Shown one piece after another: positions 1-8,365 of a stretch of 64,000 nucleotides of DNA. Made by a program: the position numbers and the translations under genes. A model generated the notes under the pieces. The model did not search any database and was not told the origin of the DNA. It saw nothing but the letters and a program-made list of their open reading frames with translations. Source of the DNA: an uncultured Chloroflexia bacterium (lineage in GTDB: Bacteria; Chloroflexota; Limnocylindria; Limnocylindrales; CSP1-4). The stretch is from NCBI GenBank assembly GCA_963711105.1, contig CAVQCV010000005.1:833092-897091 (forward strand), in the 5' to 3' direction. Numbering within the stretch: position 1 is the first letter of the stretch; every line of letters begins with the position of its first letter.

Positions 1-284
1 TGGTTCATGGGCTTGTTGAAGCGAAGAACGAGCGGCGCGTCGACGGCGAGTTTATCGGCGACGGGATCGGGGGCGACGGTGGGAGCGGCAGGGTCGTACG
101 GGCGAGGGGCCCGAGCGTCGATCTCCTTGGTCGGCAGGCCGAGCAGCAGCCCGGTCACGACCAGGGCGACAGCCGCCGCGGTCACGGCGAGCTGGGTGAT
201 CTTCGAGCGGCGGCCCACAAAGCGGCCGCCCAGCTCGAGGCCGGCGATCAGAACCGCGAGGACTGCGGCAGCGAACTGTCGCAT
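1..284 (-). CDS. 5' end (N-terminal ~94 aa) of a paralogous secreted Ig-like/CAP-like protein gene; the gene body runs off the left edge of the window
   Basis: The repeat copy places the same start codon at 284..282 (minus strand) and the same N-terminal TM/signal-anchor sequence as gene 453..2090. The reading frame stays open to pos 1. Confidence 0.55.
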   Translation of the reverse strand, partial: MRQFAAAVLAVLIAGLELGGRFVGRRSKITQLAVTAAAVALVVTGLLLGLPTKEIDARAPRPYDPAAPTVAPDPVADKLAVDAPLVLRFNKPMN

Positions 285-391
285 GTGTCAGTCTCCCGTC
301 ATCGATGCGCGCATGGGGCTGTGGTGGGTCACCCCGGGCGGCAGGTTACCACCACCTTCGGAAACCAGGCAAACGGGCCGGGTATGGCGCG
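1..391. repeat. Copy 1 of a perfect 391-bp direct repeat (second copy at 1807..2197); it may extend left beyond the window
   Basis: Base-by-base comparison of 1..391 with 1807..2197 shows identity across the whole stretch. The two sequences diverge after pos 391 and after pos 2197. ORFs 7..423 and 1693..2319 translate to the same peptide (MGLLKRRTSGASTASLSATG...). Confidence 0.9.
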
Positions 392-452
392 GATTGGCCG
401 GGAGTTGGCCTCGGCACGGGTGACGGCTGGGCTCGCGTCCCGCGAGTTCGCG

Positions 453-2090
453 TCAGCCGTAGAAGTCGATCGTCAGGCGGACACGCCCGCTGCTGACCCA
501 GACGCCGATGCCGGCACGATGGAAGTAGGGGTTCATGACGTTGAGGTAGTGGCCGAACTCGCACTGGCCGCTCTTACAGCGGTACTCGTTCTGGAAGAAG
601 ATCTCCGAGTCGATCATTCCGGACGATGTCGCGGACGGCGGCCGGGTGATGTTCTCGCCCCACGAGCCGCCCGGGTAGCCGGCCGAGGCCATTCGGCTGT
701 GCGGCGTCCCGACGAGGTAATGGGTCAGGACGTTGCGGTCGGCCATCAGCTTCGAGTACGGCCGGGCGACCTTGTTGGAGATACCGGCGTCAAGGCGGAT
801 CGGGTCCTGGGCCGGCAGGACATGGTGCGTGACTGAACTGCAGGTACCGCCGCGCGTCACCCAGCCGCCGGTCCGGGTGCAGTTGATCAGGCCCAGCATG
901 TACACCTCGGCGGCGTGCCACGGCGCCGATGTGGACGCCACATTGTTGTTCCAGGGAGTGATGTACCGGACCGTCGCCTTCACGACCTTGAAGGTGCCGG
1001 TGACGGTCTTGCCGATGCGCTGGCCGCCCTTGGAGCGGGCCGTCGAAGCGACCTTCATGGTGACGGTGCTGCCCACGGCGAACTTGGAGCTCGGATCGAG
1101 CACCAGGACTGTGTCGTTCTCGGCCCAGCCGACGGAGCCGCGAACGCGCTTGCCGTTGACGTAGACGCCGAAGGCTGCCGCGGTCGAGGCTCGATCCATC
1201 GGGGTGCTGAAGCGGACGCTGATGACCTGGTTGGGGTCGGCGGTGGTGTGGCCGTCGAGAGGCCGGAAGCGGGTGACCTGGGGCGCTTCCATGGTCGTGA
1301 TGGACAACGGCTCGACCGGCAGCAGGGCCACGCCCGAGGCGTCGGTGGCGTTGTTGGAGTCGAAGCTGATGGTGTAGGTGGTGCCGCCGTCAAGGCCGTC
1401 CTGCGGGGTGAAGGTGAAGACCTGGGAGGACACGTCGGTCGGGTCGTCGCCGGTGATGGTGCCGGTCACGGGCGGGCTGAAGGACAGCCGGGCCTGGACG
1501 GTGGCGAGCTTGACCGGCCGGGTGAAGGTCAGAACGAAGCCCGAAGAGGGCGAGACCTGGCCCGATACGGTCAGGCTGGCGGTGATCTTGCCCGAAGTCA
1601 GCTCGCCTGTGGCAAAGCGGGTCGAGACGGACTCGTCGATGACCATGCCCGATTGATCCATGGCCGTCTGGGCGATGCCGAGCGAATAGTCCGTGAAGGG
1701 CTCCCAGTACGTGGCGGGGGTGATCGAGAGGGTCTCGGCGGTGGAGTCCCAGACCAGCCGCACGCTCGTGGCCGGGCTGATGGACAGGGCGTCTGCCACG
1801 CTGCCCTGGTTCATGGGCTTGTTGAAGCGAAGAACGAGCGGCGCGTCGACGGCGAGTTTATCGGCGACGGGATCGGGGGCGACGGTGGGAGCGGCAGGGT
1901 CGTACGGGCGAGGGGCCCGAGCGTCGATCTCCTTGGTCGGCAGGCCGAGCAGCAGCCCGGTCACGACCAGGGCGACAGCCGCCGCGGTCACGGCGAGCTG
2001 GGTGATCTTCGAGCGGCGGCCCACAAAGCGGCCGCCCAGCTCGAGGCCGGCGATCAGAACCGCGAGGACTGCGGCAGCGAACTGTCGCAT
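453..2090 (-). CDS. Secreted or membrane-anchored protein with tandem bacterial Ig-like (SbsA/Big_5-type) repeats and a C-terminal CAP/SCP-like domain (tentative)
   Basis: 545-aa ORF. The N-terminal hydrophobic anchor is AVLAVLIAGLELGG...VALVVTGLLLGL. Repeated S/T-rich beta-rich segments follow (LVLRFNKPM, ISFDSNNATDASG, VISVRFSTPMDRAS), typical of SbsA-Ig-like domains. The C-terminal region contains GHYLNVMNPYFHRAGIGVWV, which resembles the CAP motif GHYTQVVW. Confidence 0.6.
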   Translation of the reverse strand: MRQFAAAVLAVLIAGLELGGRFVGRRSKITQLAVTAAAVALVVTGLLLGLPTKEIDARAPRPYDPAAPTVAPDPVADKLAVDAPLVLRFNKPMNQGSVADALSISPATSVRLVWDSTAETLSITPATYWEPFTDYSLGIAQTAMDQSGMVIDESVSTRFATGELTSGKITASLTVSGQVSPSSGFVLTFTRPVKLATVQARLSFSPPVTGTITGDDPTDVSSQVFTFTPQDGLDGGTTYTISFDSNNATDASGVALLPVEPLSITTMEAPQVTRFRPLDGHTTADPNQVISVRFSTPMDRASTAAAFGVYVNGKRVRGSVGWAENDTVLVLDPSSKFAVGSTVTMKVASTARSKGGQRIGKTVTGTFKVVKATVRYITPWNNNVASTSAPWHAAEVYMLGLINCTRTGGWVTRGGTCSSVTHHVLPAQDPIRLDAGISNKVARPYSKLMADRNVLTHYLVGTPHSRMASAGYPGGSWGENITRPPSATSSGMIDSEIFFQNEYRCKSGQCEFGHYLNVMNPYFHRAGIGVWVSSGRVRLTIDFYG

Positions 2091-2197
2091 GTGTCAGTCT
2101 CCCGTCATCGATGCGCGCATGGGGCTGTGGTGGGTCACCCCGGGCGGCAGGTTACCACCACCTTCGGAAACCAGGCAAACGGGCCGGGTATGGCGCG
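1807..2197. repeat. Copy 2 of the 391-bp direct repeat; it covers the 5' 284 nt of CDS 453..2090 plus ~107 bp of its upstream region
   Basis: Identical to 1..391. It contains the start codon (2090..2088, minus strand) and the signal-anchor coding part of the downstream gene. Confidence 0.9.
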
Positions 2198-2267
2198 CGT
2201 GCGCTTTCCTGCACTTTCATGAACCTCCGGCCGCTTCGCGGCCGGGCACCGGCGTGCCTTTGGACCG

Positions 2268-3713
2268 TCAGCCAACTGGCTTGCCGGGCCATCTGGCCAA
2301 AGCCCCGGCGGCCATGTAGCGGCCGTACGCTCCCGTCACCAGACCCTTCAACTCCAGCATCGTCAACACGCTCAGGACTGTGGCGCTGGGCAGGCGGACG
2401 AGGGCGGCCAGTTCGTCGGCCGTCGCCGGACCCTCCTTGAGCCGCTCGGCGACGCTGCGCTCCACGGGGCCCAGAGCGGCCAGAACGCCGGCAGGACCCG
2501 CTCCCCGAGCTGACGACTCCGGCCGCGATCCGCGGACCGGCGCCTCGTCCTTCGCGACGCCCGCGAGTTCCAGGTCCTCGAGGAGCTCCGGTATGCCGGC
2601 CACGAGTCGCGCTTCGCCGGCGAAGCTGCGCAGGAACAGATGACAACCCTCGCTGGCTGCCGAATCCATTGGGCCGGGCACCAGGAAGCAAGCCCTGCCC
2701 TGCTCCAGGGCCCAGCCGGCCGTGATCAGGGCCCCGCTTCTCCGCCCGGCTTCGACCACGACGGTCGCGTCCGACAGGCCGCTCACAACCCTGTTGCGGC
2801 GCGGGAAGGTGCCACGCGTAGCCGGCGTATCCGGCGGCAGTTCCGCGACCACCGCCCCGCCCGCCGCCACGATCTCGTCGGCGAGCCGCTCGTGCGCACG
2901 GGGAAACAAATGAGCGTGGCCGCCGCCGAGGACTGCGACGGTGGGTCGGCCCTCGGCGACTACGGCGGCGTGGGCGACCCCGTCGATGCCGACGGCCAGG
3001 CCCGAGACGACCACCGCGCCCGCCTGAGCAAGGGCCGAGCCGATCCAGCAGGCGATCTTGCGCCCTCGGTCGGTCGGCGAGCGCGTGCCGACCACCGCGA
3101 CGGCCGAGGGCGCCGATAGAGACGCAACGTCGCCGCGCACGAACAGCAGTGGTGGCGGCATGTCCACCTGCCTCAGCCGCTCCGGGTACTCGCCATCGTC
3201 GAGGGTCACGACCTGCAAGCCGTGCGCCCTGACCGACCTCAGGATGGTCTCGGCACCCGCGACGTGGTCGGCGAGCCGACGCGCCAGCTCGGCGCTCATC
3301 GCCAAGTCCTCATCGTTCTGCGGCGCCCGGATGTCGTCTCGCCCACGCCCGGCGGCCAATTCCGCAGCGGGCCCGAGCGCATGTCCGATCTGCCGTTCCG
3401 CTGCCCAGCCGCCGGCTGCGGCAAGCACTCCCCTCGCGGTTCCGAAGGCACCGAGCAACCGCGCGAACGTCACCGGCCCGAGCCCCGGGGCGGTGAGAAG
3501 GATTACCCAGGCCTCCCGCTCGGGATCTCGGGAGTCGAGCGATCGAACGACAGGCGGTCGCGCCGGCCCGGGCATGCACGCCTCAGCCCCTGCCGCCGGC
3601 GCTGCCTCCGGCGGGCGCGCCACCGGGTCCAACGCGTCGAAGTCCCCCTCTGCCACGCGCTTCGGGGCCGCCCGGAGGTCGCGCATCGGGCCGAGGCTCT
3701 GAACGCCGAGCAT
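2268..3713 (-). CDS. dprA: DNA processing protein DprA (Smf); the start codon may be internal
   Basis: Conserved DprA motifs are present: TAPGLGPVTFARLLGAFG, VVGTRSPTDRGRKIA, VVSGLAVGIDGVAHAAVVA, TVAVLGGGHAHLFPRAH, and a C-terminal winged-helix. The gene lies immediately downstream of the ComM-like gene, a conserved synteny. Confidence 0.85.
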   Translation of the reverse strand: MLGVQSLGPMRDLRAAPKRVAEGDFDALDPVARPPEAAPAAGAEACMPGPARPPVVRSLDSRDPEREAWVILLTAPGLGPVTFARLLGAFGTARGVLAAAGGWAAERQIGHALGPAAELAAGRGRDDIRAPQNDEDLAMSAELARRLADHVAGAETILRSVRAHGLQVVTLDDGEYPERLRQVDMPPPLLFVRGDVASLSAPSAVAVVGTRSPTDRGRKIACWIGSALAQAGAVVVSGLAVGIDGVAHAAVVAEGRPTVAVLGGGHAHLFPRAHERLADEIVAAGGAVVAELPPDTPATRGTFPRRNRVVSGLSDATVVVEAGRRSGALITAGWALEQGRACFLVPGPMDSAASEGCHLFLRSFAGEARLVAGIPELLEDLELAGVAKDEAPVRGSRPESSARGAGPAGVLAALGPVERSVAERLKEGPATADELAALVRLPSATVLSVLTMLELKGLVTGAYGRYMAAGALARWPGKPVG

Positions 3714-3716
3714 CGT

Positions 3717-5342
3717 TCACCCCACCGCCGCGACGCCCGGCCTCGACTGGCCCGGCGTGCGAAACCTGGCCGCCTCGTCCAGGTGGCCGCAATCCACGGC
3801 CTCCGAACCGGCAAGATCGGCGATGGTCCGGGCCACCCGCAGCAGGCGCTCGATTCCCCGAGCCGACCAGCCTTCGAGGTCTGCGAGTCGGACGGCGCGG
3901 CCCTGGGCCGCGTTCGAGAGCCCGCAAGCCGATCGCAGCGCCCTCCCGGCCAGCCGGGCGTTGAGGCAACCGCGACTCTCCTGCTGGACCGCGCGGGCGG
4001 CGGCGACCCGAGCCGCTACCTCGGCGGTGCCCTCAGGCGCGGCCCGGCCCACGTACTCCTCCGGGCGGACCCGCGGCATGTGAACCCACAGGTCGATCCT
4101 GTCGCGAAGCGGGCCCGACACTCGCCCGGCGTAGCGATCCACTACGGCCTGCTGACATCTGCACCGGCCGTCGCCCTCGCCCGCGTGGCCGCACGGGCAC
4201 GGGTTCATGGCCGCGACCAGCTGAAACCGCGCCGGGAACACCTCGGCCCGACCGACTCTCGCTATCGCGACCTGACCGTCCTCGAGCGGCTGGCGCAGCG
4301 CTTCCAGGGTCGCCCGATCGAATTCCGGCAGCTCGTCCAGGAAGAGGACGCCGTCATTCGCGCGCGTGACCTCGCCCGGTGAGACTTGGGGCCCGCCTCC
4401 GACCATGGCCGCGTACGAGATCGTGTGATGAGGCGCCCGAAACGGCCGCCCCGTGACCAGGCCCCTGACCGGCGTCGCCGAGCAGACCGAAGCGATAATC
4501 GTGGCGACGTGGGCCTCCTGGTCGTTCAGAGGCGGCAGCAGCCCGGGAATGGTCCGGGCCAGCAGCGTCTTGCCGCTGCCGGGCGGCCCAATCATCAGCA
4601 GGCCGTGCCCGCCGGCGAGCGCGATTTCCAGGGCCCGGCGCGCCTCCAGCTGGCCACGCACTTCCGATAGGTCCGGGAACAGCGGGAAGCCGCGCACCGA
4701 TCCCGGCGCGGATCCCAGCGCGGAGCCCTCGCCGGACGTGGTTCCGTCCGGGGCCGGGCCACAGGCGCGTGTCTCGTCGAGCGCCACGCCCAGGGCCAGT
4801 TCTACCCTGGGCGGGGCGGAGCGCGACCGGCCCGCCCGCCTTTCGCGGAGCATGCCTGCCGCCTCGGCCAGCGTGGAAGCCGCAACGACCGCGATCCCGG
4901 CCGCCAGAGAAGCTTCGGTTTCGCCGTCCGCCGGCACAACCACCCGGCCGACTCCCCTCCGGCCCAGCGCGGCGACCATGGGCAGCAGTCCCGGCACGGG
5001 CCGCAGCTCGCCGCCCAGTGACAGCTCCCCGAGGACCGCCCATCGCCCTGTTGCCTTCAGCTGCTCCGACCCGACCAGGATCCCGAGCGCGATGGCCAGA
5101 TCGAGAGAAGCGCCGCCCTTGCGCAGGTCCGCCGGGGCCAGGTTCACGGTGATGCGCCGCGGCGGGTAGTCGTAGCCGCTGTTGCGGATCGCACCCCGAA
5201 CTCGCTCGCGGGCCTCCTGGAGGGCTGTATCCGCCAGCCCGACAATCGTGAAGCCGGGCAGGCCTGGGGCGACGTCCACCTCGACCCGGACGATCCGTCC
5301 GTCGAGGCCGTGAAGGGTAGCCGACAGCAATGAAGCGAGCAC
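3717..5342 (-). CDS. comM: YifB/ComM-family Mg-chelatase-like AAA+ ATPase
   Basis: The N-terminal Lon-like domain begins IVRVEVDVAPGLPGFTIVGLADTALQEARERVRGAIRNSGYDYP. A Walker A motif MIGPPGSGKTLLART is present. The signature NPCPCGHAG...RCRC and C-terminal RIDLWVHMPRV also match. Confidence 0.88.
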   Translation of the reverse strand: MLASLLSATLHGLDGRIVRVEVDVAPGLPGFTIVGLADTALQEARERVRGAIRNSGYDYPPRRITVNLAPADLRKGGASLDLAIALGILVGSEQLKATGRWAVLGELSLGGELRPVPGLLPMVAALGRRGVGRVVVPADGETEASLAAGIAVVAASTLAEAAGMLRERRAGRSRSAPPRVELALGVALDETRACGPAPDGTTSGEGSALGSAPGSVRGFPLFPDLSEVRGQLEARRALEIALAGGHGLLMIGPPGSGKTLLARTIPGLLPPLNDQEAHVATIIASVCSATPVRGLVTGRPFRAPHHTISYAAMVGGGPQVSPGEVTRANDGVLFLDELPEFDRATLEALRQPLEDGQVAIARVGRAEVFPARFQLVAAMNPCPCGHAGEGDGRCRCQQAVVDRYAGRVSGPLRDRIDLWVHMPRVRPEEYVGRAAPEGTAEVAARVAAARAVQQESRGCLNARLAGRALRSACGLSNAAQGRAVRLADLEGWSARGIERLLRVARTIADLAGSEAVDCGHLDEAARFRTPGQSRPGVAAVG

Positions 5343-5450
5343 GAGTTGACGCTACGACTGGACGCTTATGCGCCGCTTATCTGGCGATCTACTCGCCCCG
5401 GCGAACCTGGCGGTCCCAGGCACGGCCGCCCCACCGCGACCGGCCGGCCG

Positions 5451-6641
5451 CTACTTCTTGCCGGCTCCGGCCATTTCCTTGTCCATCGCCTTCACGAAGT
5501 CCATGACGTTGCGGCCGAGGGCCGAGTCCGCCTTCGTGTACATGAACGGAGCGCCGCTGTTGAGCGCGCCGATCGCGCCGCGGTATTCGTTCACGATCTG
5601 GTAGTCGATACGGCGCTTCAGAGCGCTCTCGGCGTTCTTGACGTTGATGCCGGTGAACGCGTTCGAGCGATTGAGTATCAGCTTGATCTTGTCGTCCGAG
5701 AAACCGAGATGGCCGATCGTCTCGAGCAGCAGCCGCACGTTCTTCAGACAGGGCAGGTCGGCGGTCATTACCACGAAGACCGTCTCGGCGACGTCCATCA
5801 GCCGCAGATTGACCTCGTCCAGCCGCTTGTCGACGTCCACGATGATGTAGTCGTACTCGTGGGCGAGGTGGGTGATGATCTCGGGCAGGTGGTCCGCGGT
5901 CACCAGTTCGGCCGTCTCCGGCGAAGGCGGGGCAAGCAGCAGATCGATGCCCGACTCGTGCTTGACCACGATCTGGCGGATCAGGTCCAGGTCGAACCCG
6001 GGCGTCCCGATCAGATCGATGATGCTCATCTTGTCCATGCCCAGATCCAGGAAGACCCGGTGGTCGCCGAACTGGAGATTGCCATCGATCAGGCAAACCC
6101 GGCGCCCGAGCTCCTTGTGAAGGGCGATGGCGCTGTTGATGGCGATCGTGGTCGTACCCACGCCACCCTTTGCGCCGTAGAACATGACGACCTTGGACGG
6201 CTCGCGCCGACGGCCGGTCGGGCCCGCAACCGGACGCGCCGCCGGTGGCTGGGCGACGTCCGCGGGCGCATACCGCGACAGCAGGCTGCGCATCCGGGCC
6301 ATCAGTTCGGCGGGATGGAAAGGCTTGATCAGATAGTCGTCTGCGCCCGATCGGAGCGCCTTGCCTCGGTCCGAAGCTTCGTTCTCCGCCAGAAGCAGGA
6401 TGACGGGGGTGTGGGTCGACGGTCCGTCCTCCAGTCGCAGCCGGCTGACGATGGTGAACCCGTCGACGTTCGGAAGGCTGGCCGCGATCAGGACCAGAGC
6501 CGGCCGCTCGGCATGAGCGACACGCAACGCCTCGGCGCCGTCGCCGACGGCGGTGGGCTCATAGCCGGCCTGCGTCAGTGCGTTGCTGAGAGCGCGCTGA
6601 ACTGTTGGGTCGGCATCGACTACTAGGATCCTGACGGCCAT
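5451..6641 (-). CDS. Response-regulator receiver domain fused to a ParA/MinD-type ATPase (CpaE/TadZ-like), paralog 1
   Basis: The N-terminal REC domain reads VRILVVDADPTVQRALSNAL...PVILLLAEN...GADDYLIKPF. It is followed by a deviant Walker A FYGAKGGVGTTTIAINSA and a MinD-like core LIDGNLQFGD, DYIIVDV. Confidence 0.8.
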   Translation of the reverse strand: MAVRILVVDADPTVQRALSNALTQAGYEPTAVGDGAEALRVAHAERPALVLIAASLPNVDGFTIVSRLRLEDGPSTHTPVILLLAENEASDRGKALRSGADDYLIKPFHPAELMARMRSLLSRYAPADVAQPPAARPVAGPTGRRREPSKVVMFYGAKGGVGTTTIAINSAIALHKELGRRVCLIDGNLQFGDHRVFLDLGMDKMSIIDLIGTPGFDLDLIRQIVVKHESGIDLLLAPPSPETAELVTADHLPEIITHLAHEYDYIIVDVDKRLDEVNLRLMDVAETVFVVMTADLPCLKNVRLLLETIGHLGFSDDKIKLILNRSNAFTGINVKNAESALKRRIDYQIVNEYRGAIGALNSGAPFMYTKADSALGRNVMDFVKAMDKEMAGAGKK

Positions 6642-6860
6642 CGGCTCACCTGGCTGTTACGGACGCACCCGCGAAAATACGCCACCCCGGCACGCAGTAC
6701 GTCCAGGGACCGCGCGCCATCACTGCCGGATGGCGGACGCTGTTCAAAGGACGGTTGATTATAGGGGGCAGCCCGGACGATCAGTCCAGCCCCCTAACGA
6801 GCGGGCCCGTTCGAGCCGGGCCCATCTCCCCCGCGTTCGGTGTCGATTCGGGACGGCGAC

Positions 6861-7781
6861 TCAGCGCTTCGGTTCCGAGGCGCCGGCATCCATGCCCTTG
6901 CCGACCATCGAACCGAGAGGGCCCAGGAGCTGCGTGAACTCCAGCGGGATCACGAACTTGGTCGCCGGACCGCTGCCGAGCGCCTTGAGGGCGTCCAGGT
7001 ACTGCAGGGCCATGGTCTTCTGATCGATGTTCTTGGCGGCGCCGAAGATCGTGTTGAGCGCCTCGCTGAAGCCCTGGGCTCGAAGGATTGCGGCCTGCCG
7101 GTCGCCTTCAGCGCGAAGGATGGCCGATTGCTTGTCACCCTCGGCCACGTTGATCGTGGCCTGGCGCGTGCCTTCCGACTCGGTGATGACCGCGCGCCGG
7201 GTTCGCTCTGCCGACAGCTGGCGGTTCATCGCCTCCTGTACCGCGGGCGGGGGCAGGATCTCGCGGATCTCGACGGTCATCACCTTACCGCCCCAGCGTT
7301 CGGTGACCTCGTCGAGCTTGATTCGCAGGGCCTCGTTGATGCGCTCGCGCTGAGACAGGACGTCATCGAGCACGATGTCGCCGATAACCGAACGGAGGGA
7401 CGTCGCGGCCACACCCTGGAGGGCGCCGGCGAAATTGAGGACGTTGACCTGGCTCATAAGCGGGTCAACGATCTTCCAGTAGATCAGGAAGTCGACGCCC
7501 AGCGGCGCGTTGTCCTTGGTGATGGCGGTCTGGCGCGGCACTTCGATGAACTGCTCGCGCAGATCGACGATGGCGCCCCTGTCCGCAACGGGGACGAGGA
7601 CATGGAACCCAGGCCTTCGAACCTTCCCGTTGTCGGTGCGGCCCCACCGATAGACGACCATCATGGCCCACTGGGGGACGATGCGGATGTACGCCGCCCC
7701 GATCGCGAGGACCACCAGTACGAAGATGATTATCCCGATGATGATCGCTGTCGTCGCTCCGTCCATTGCCTGGACCTCCAT
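6861..7781 (-). CDS. SPFH/band-7 (stomatin/prohibitin-like) membrane protein
   Basis: An N-terminal TM is followed by the SPFH core VVYRWGRTDNGKVRRPGFHVLVPVADRGAIVDLREQ...TKDNAPLGVDFLIYWKIVDP. A C-terminal region rich in A/E/R/Q follows. Confidence 0.85.
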   Translation of the reverse strand: MEVQAMDGATTAIIIGIIIFVLVVLAIGAAYIRIVPQWAMMVVYRWGRTDNGKVRRPGFHVLVPVADRGAIVDLREQFIEVPRQTAITKDNAPLGVDFLIYWKIVDPLMSQVNVLNFAGALQGVAATSLRSVIGDIVLDDVLSQRERINEALRIKLDEVTERWGGKVMTVEIREILPPPAVQEAMNRQLSAERTRRAVITESEGTRQATINVAEGDKQSAILRAEGDRQAAILRAQGFSEALNTIFGAAKNIDQKTMALQYLDALKALGSGPATKFVIPLEFTQLLGPLGSMVGKGMDAGASEPKR

Positions 7782-7842
7782 CTGTGGCCGCCGGCTGGCG
7801 GACGTCTCCGGCCCGGGTGGCCGATTGCTGCCTGTGCTCTAG

Positions 7843-8361
7843 CTACTGCTTGCTCAATTCGATCACTCGCACCACCGTGATGATGCCGCCCCAGGCCGCA
7901 ACCTTCTCTTCGAGTTGCTCCCGGATCTTCTCTCCCAGCCAGATCTGCTTTCGGATGACGTCCCCGGACGTCATCTCGGCGACCAGGGATCGCGCCATCT
8001 GCGAGGCAACGTCGACCACGGCGCCCCGGAAGTCAAGGACCCGGACCTGGCTCAGCAGCGGATCGACGATCTTCCAGTGGATCTCCAGGTCCGCCGCCAC
8101 TGCCTCCCGGTCGGACGTCAGGAGGGTCTGCGGACCGATGCGGCCGACCTGCTCACGCAGGTCGACGATGACGCCCCGATCCGCGACCGGCACGACCAAC
8201 CGGAGGCCGGGCATCCGGACTAACTCGGGACCGGTGCGGCCCCAGCGATAGACCACCATGCAGCCCCAGGCCGGAACTCGGCGGACCGCCATCGCGAACC
8301 AGGCCGCGAAGATGATGCCGCCGGCGACGAGGATCAGGAGGATGGCCCCGACCGACTCCAC
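7843..8361 (-). CDS. Short SPFH/band-7 domain protein (172 aa, no C-terminal coiled-coil)
   Basis: An N-terminal TM is followed by VVYRWGRTGPELVRMPGLRLVVPVADRGVIVDLREQ...DLEIHWKIVDP. It is paralogous to 6861..7781 and lies 4 nt downstream of the NfeD-like gene. Confidence 0.8.
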   Translation of the reverse strand: MESVGAILLILVAGGIIFAAWFAMAVRRVPAWGCMVVYRWGRTGPELVRMPGLRLVVPVADRGVIVDLREQVGRIGPQTLLTSDREAVAADLEIHWKIVDPLLSQVRVLDFRGAVVDVASQMARSLVAEMTSGDVIRKQIWLGEKIREQLEEKVAAWGGIITVVRVIELSKQ

Positions 8362-8365
8362 GGTC

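Noticed and set aside
7-423. 138-aa plus-strand ORF inside the 391-bp repeat (duplicated at 1693..2319)
   Set aside because: It is the antisense frame of the duplicated N-terminal coding region and has Ser/Thr/Ala/Arg-rich low-complexity composition. Its duplication reflects the DNA repeat, not a gene.
915-2222. 435-aa plus-strand ORF antisense to the Ig-like/CAP-like gene
   Set aside because: It is Arg/Gly/Asp-rich low-complexity (RRRCGRHIVVPGSDVPDRR...), typical of antisense frames in high-GC DNA. It is fully overlapped by a better-supported gene.
5346-6626. 426-aa plus-strand ORF antisense to the receiver-ParA gene
   Set aside because: It has no motifs and the composition of a GC-rich antisense frame. 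The opposite strand encodes a protein with clear REC and Walker A motifs.
6642-6860. Inverted repeat tagggggc...gcccccta in the SPFH/receiver-ParA intergenic gap as a terminator
   Set aside because: It has an 8-bp stem with a 19-nt loop and no following U-tract on either strand. The evidence is too weak to call, and the gap more likely holds the promoter of the receiver-ParA gene.
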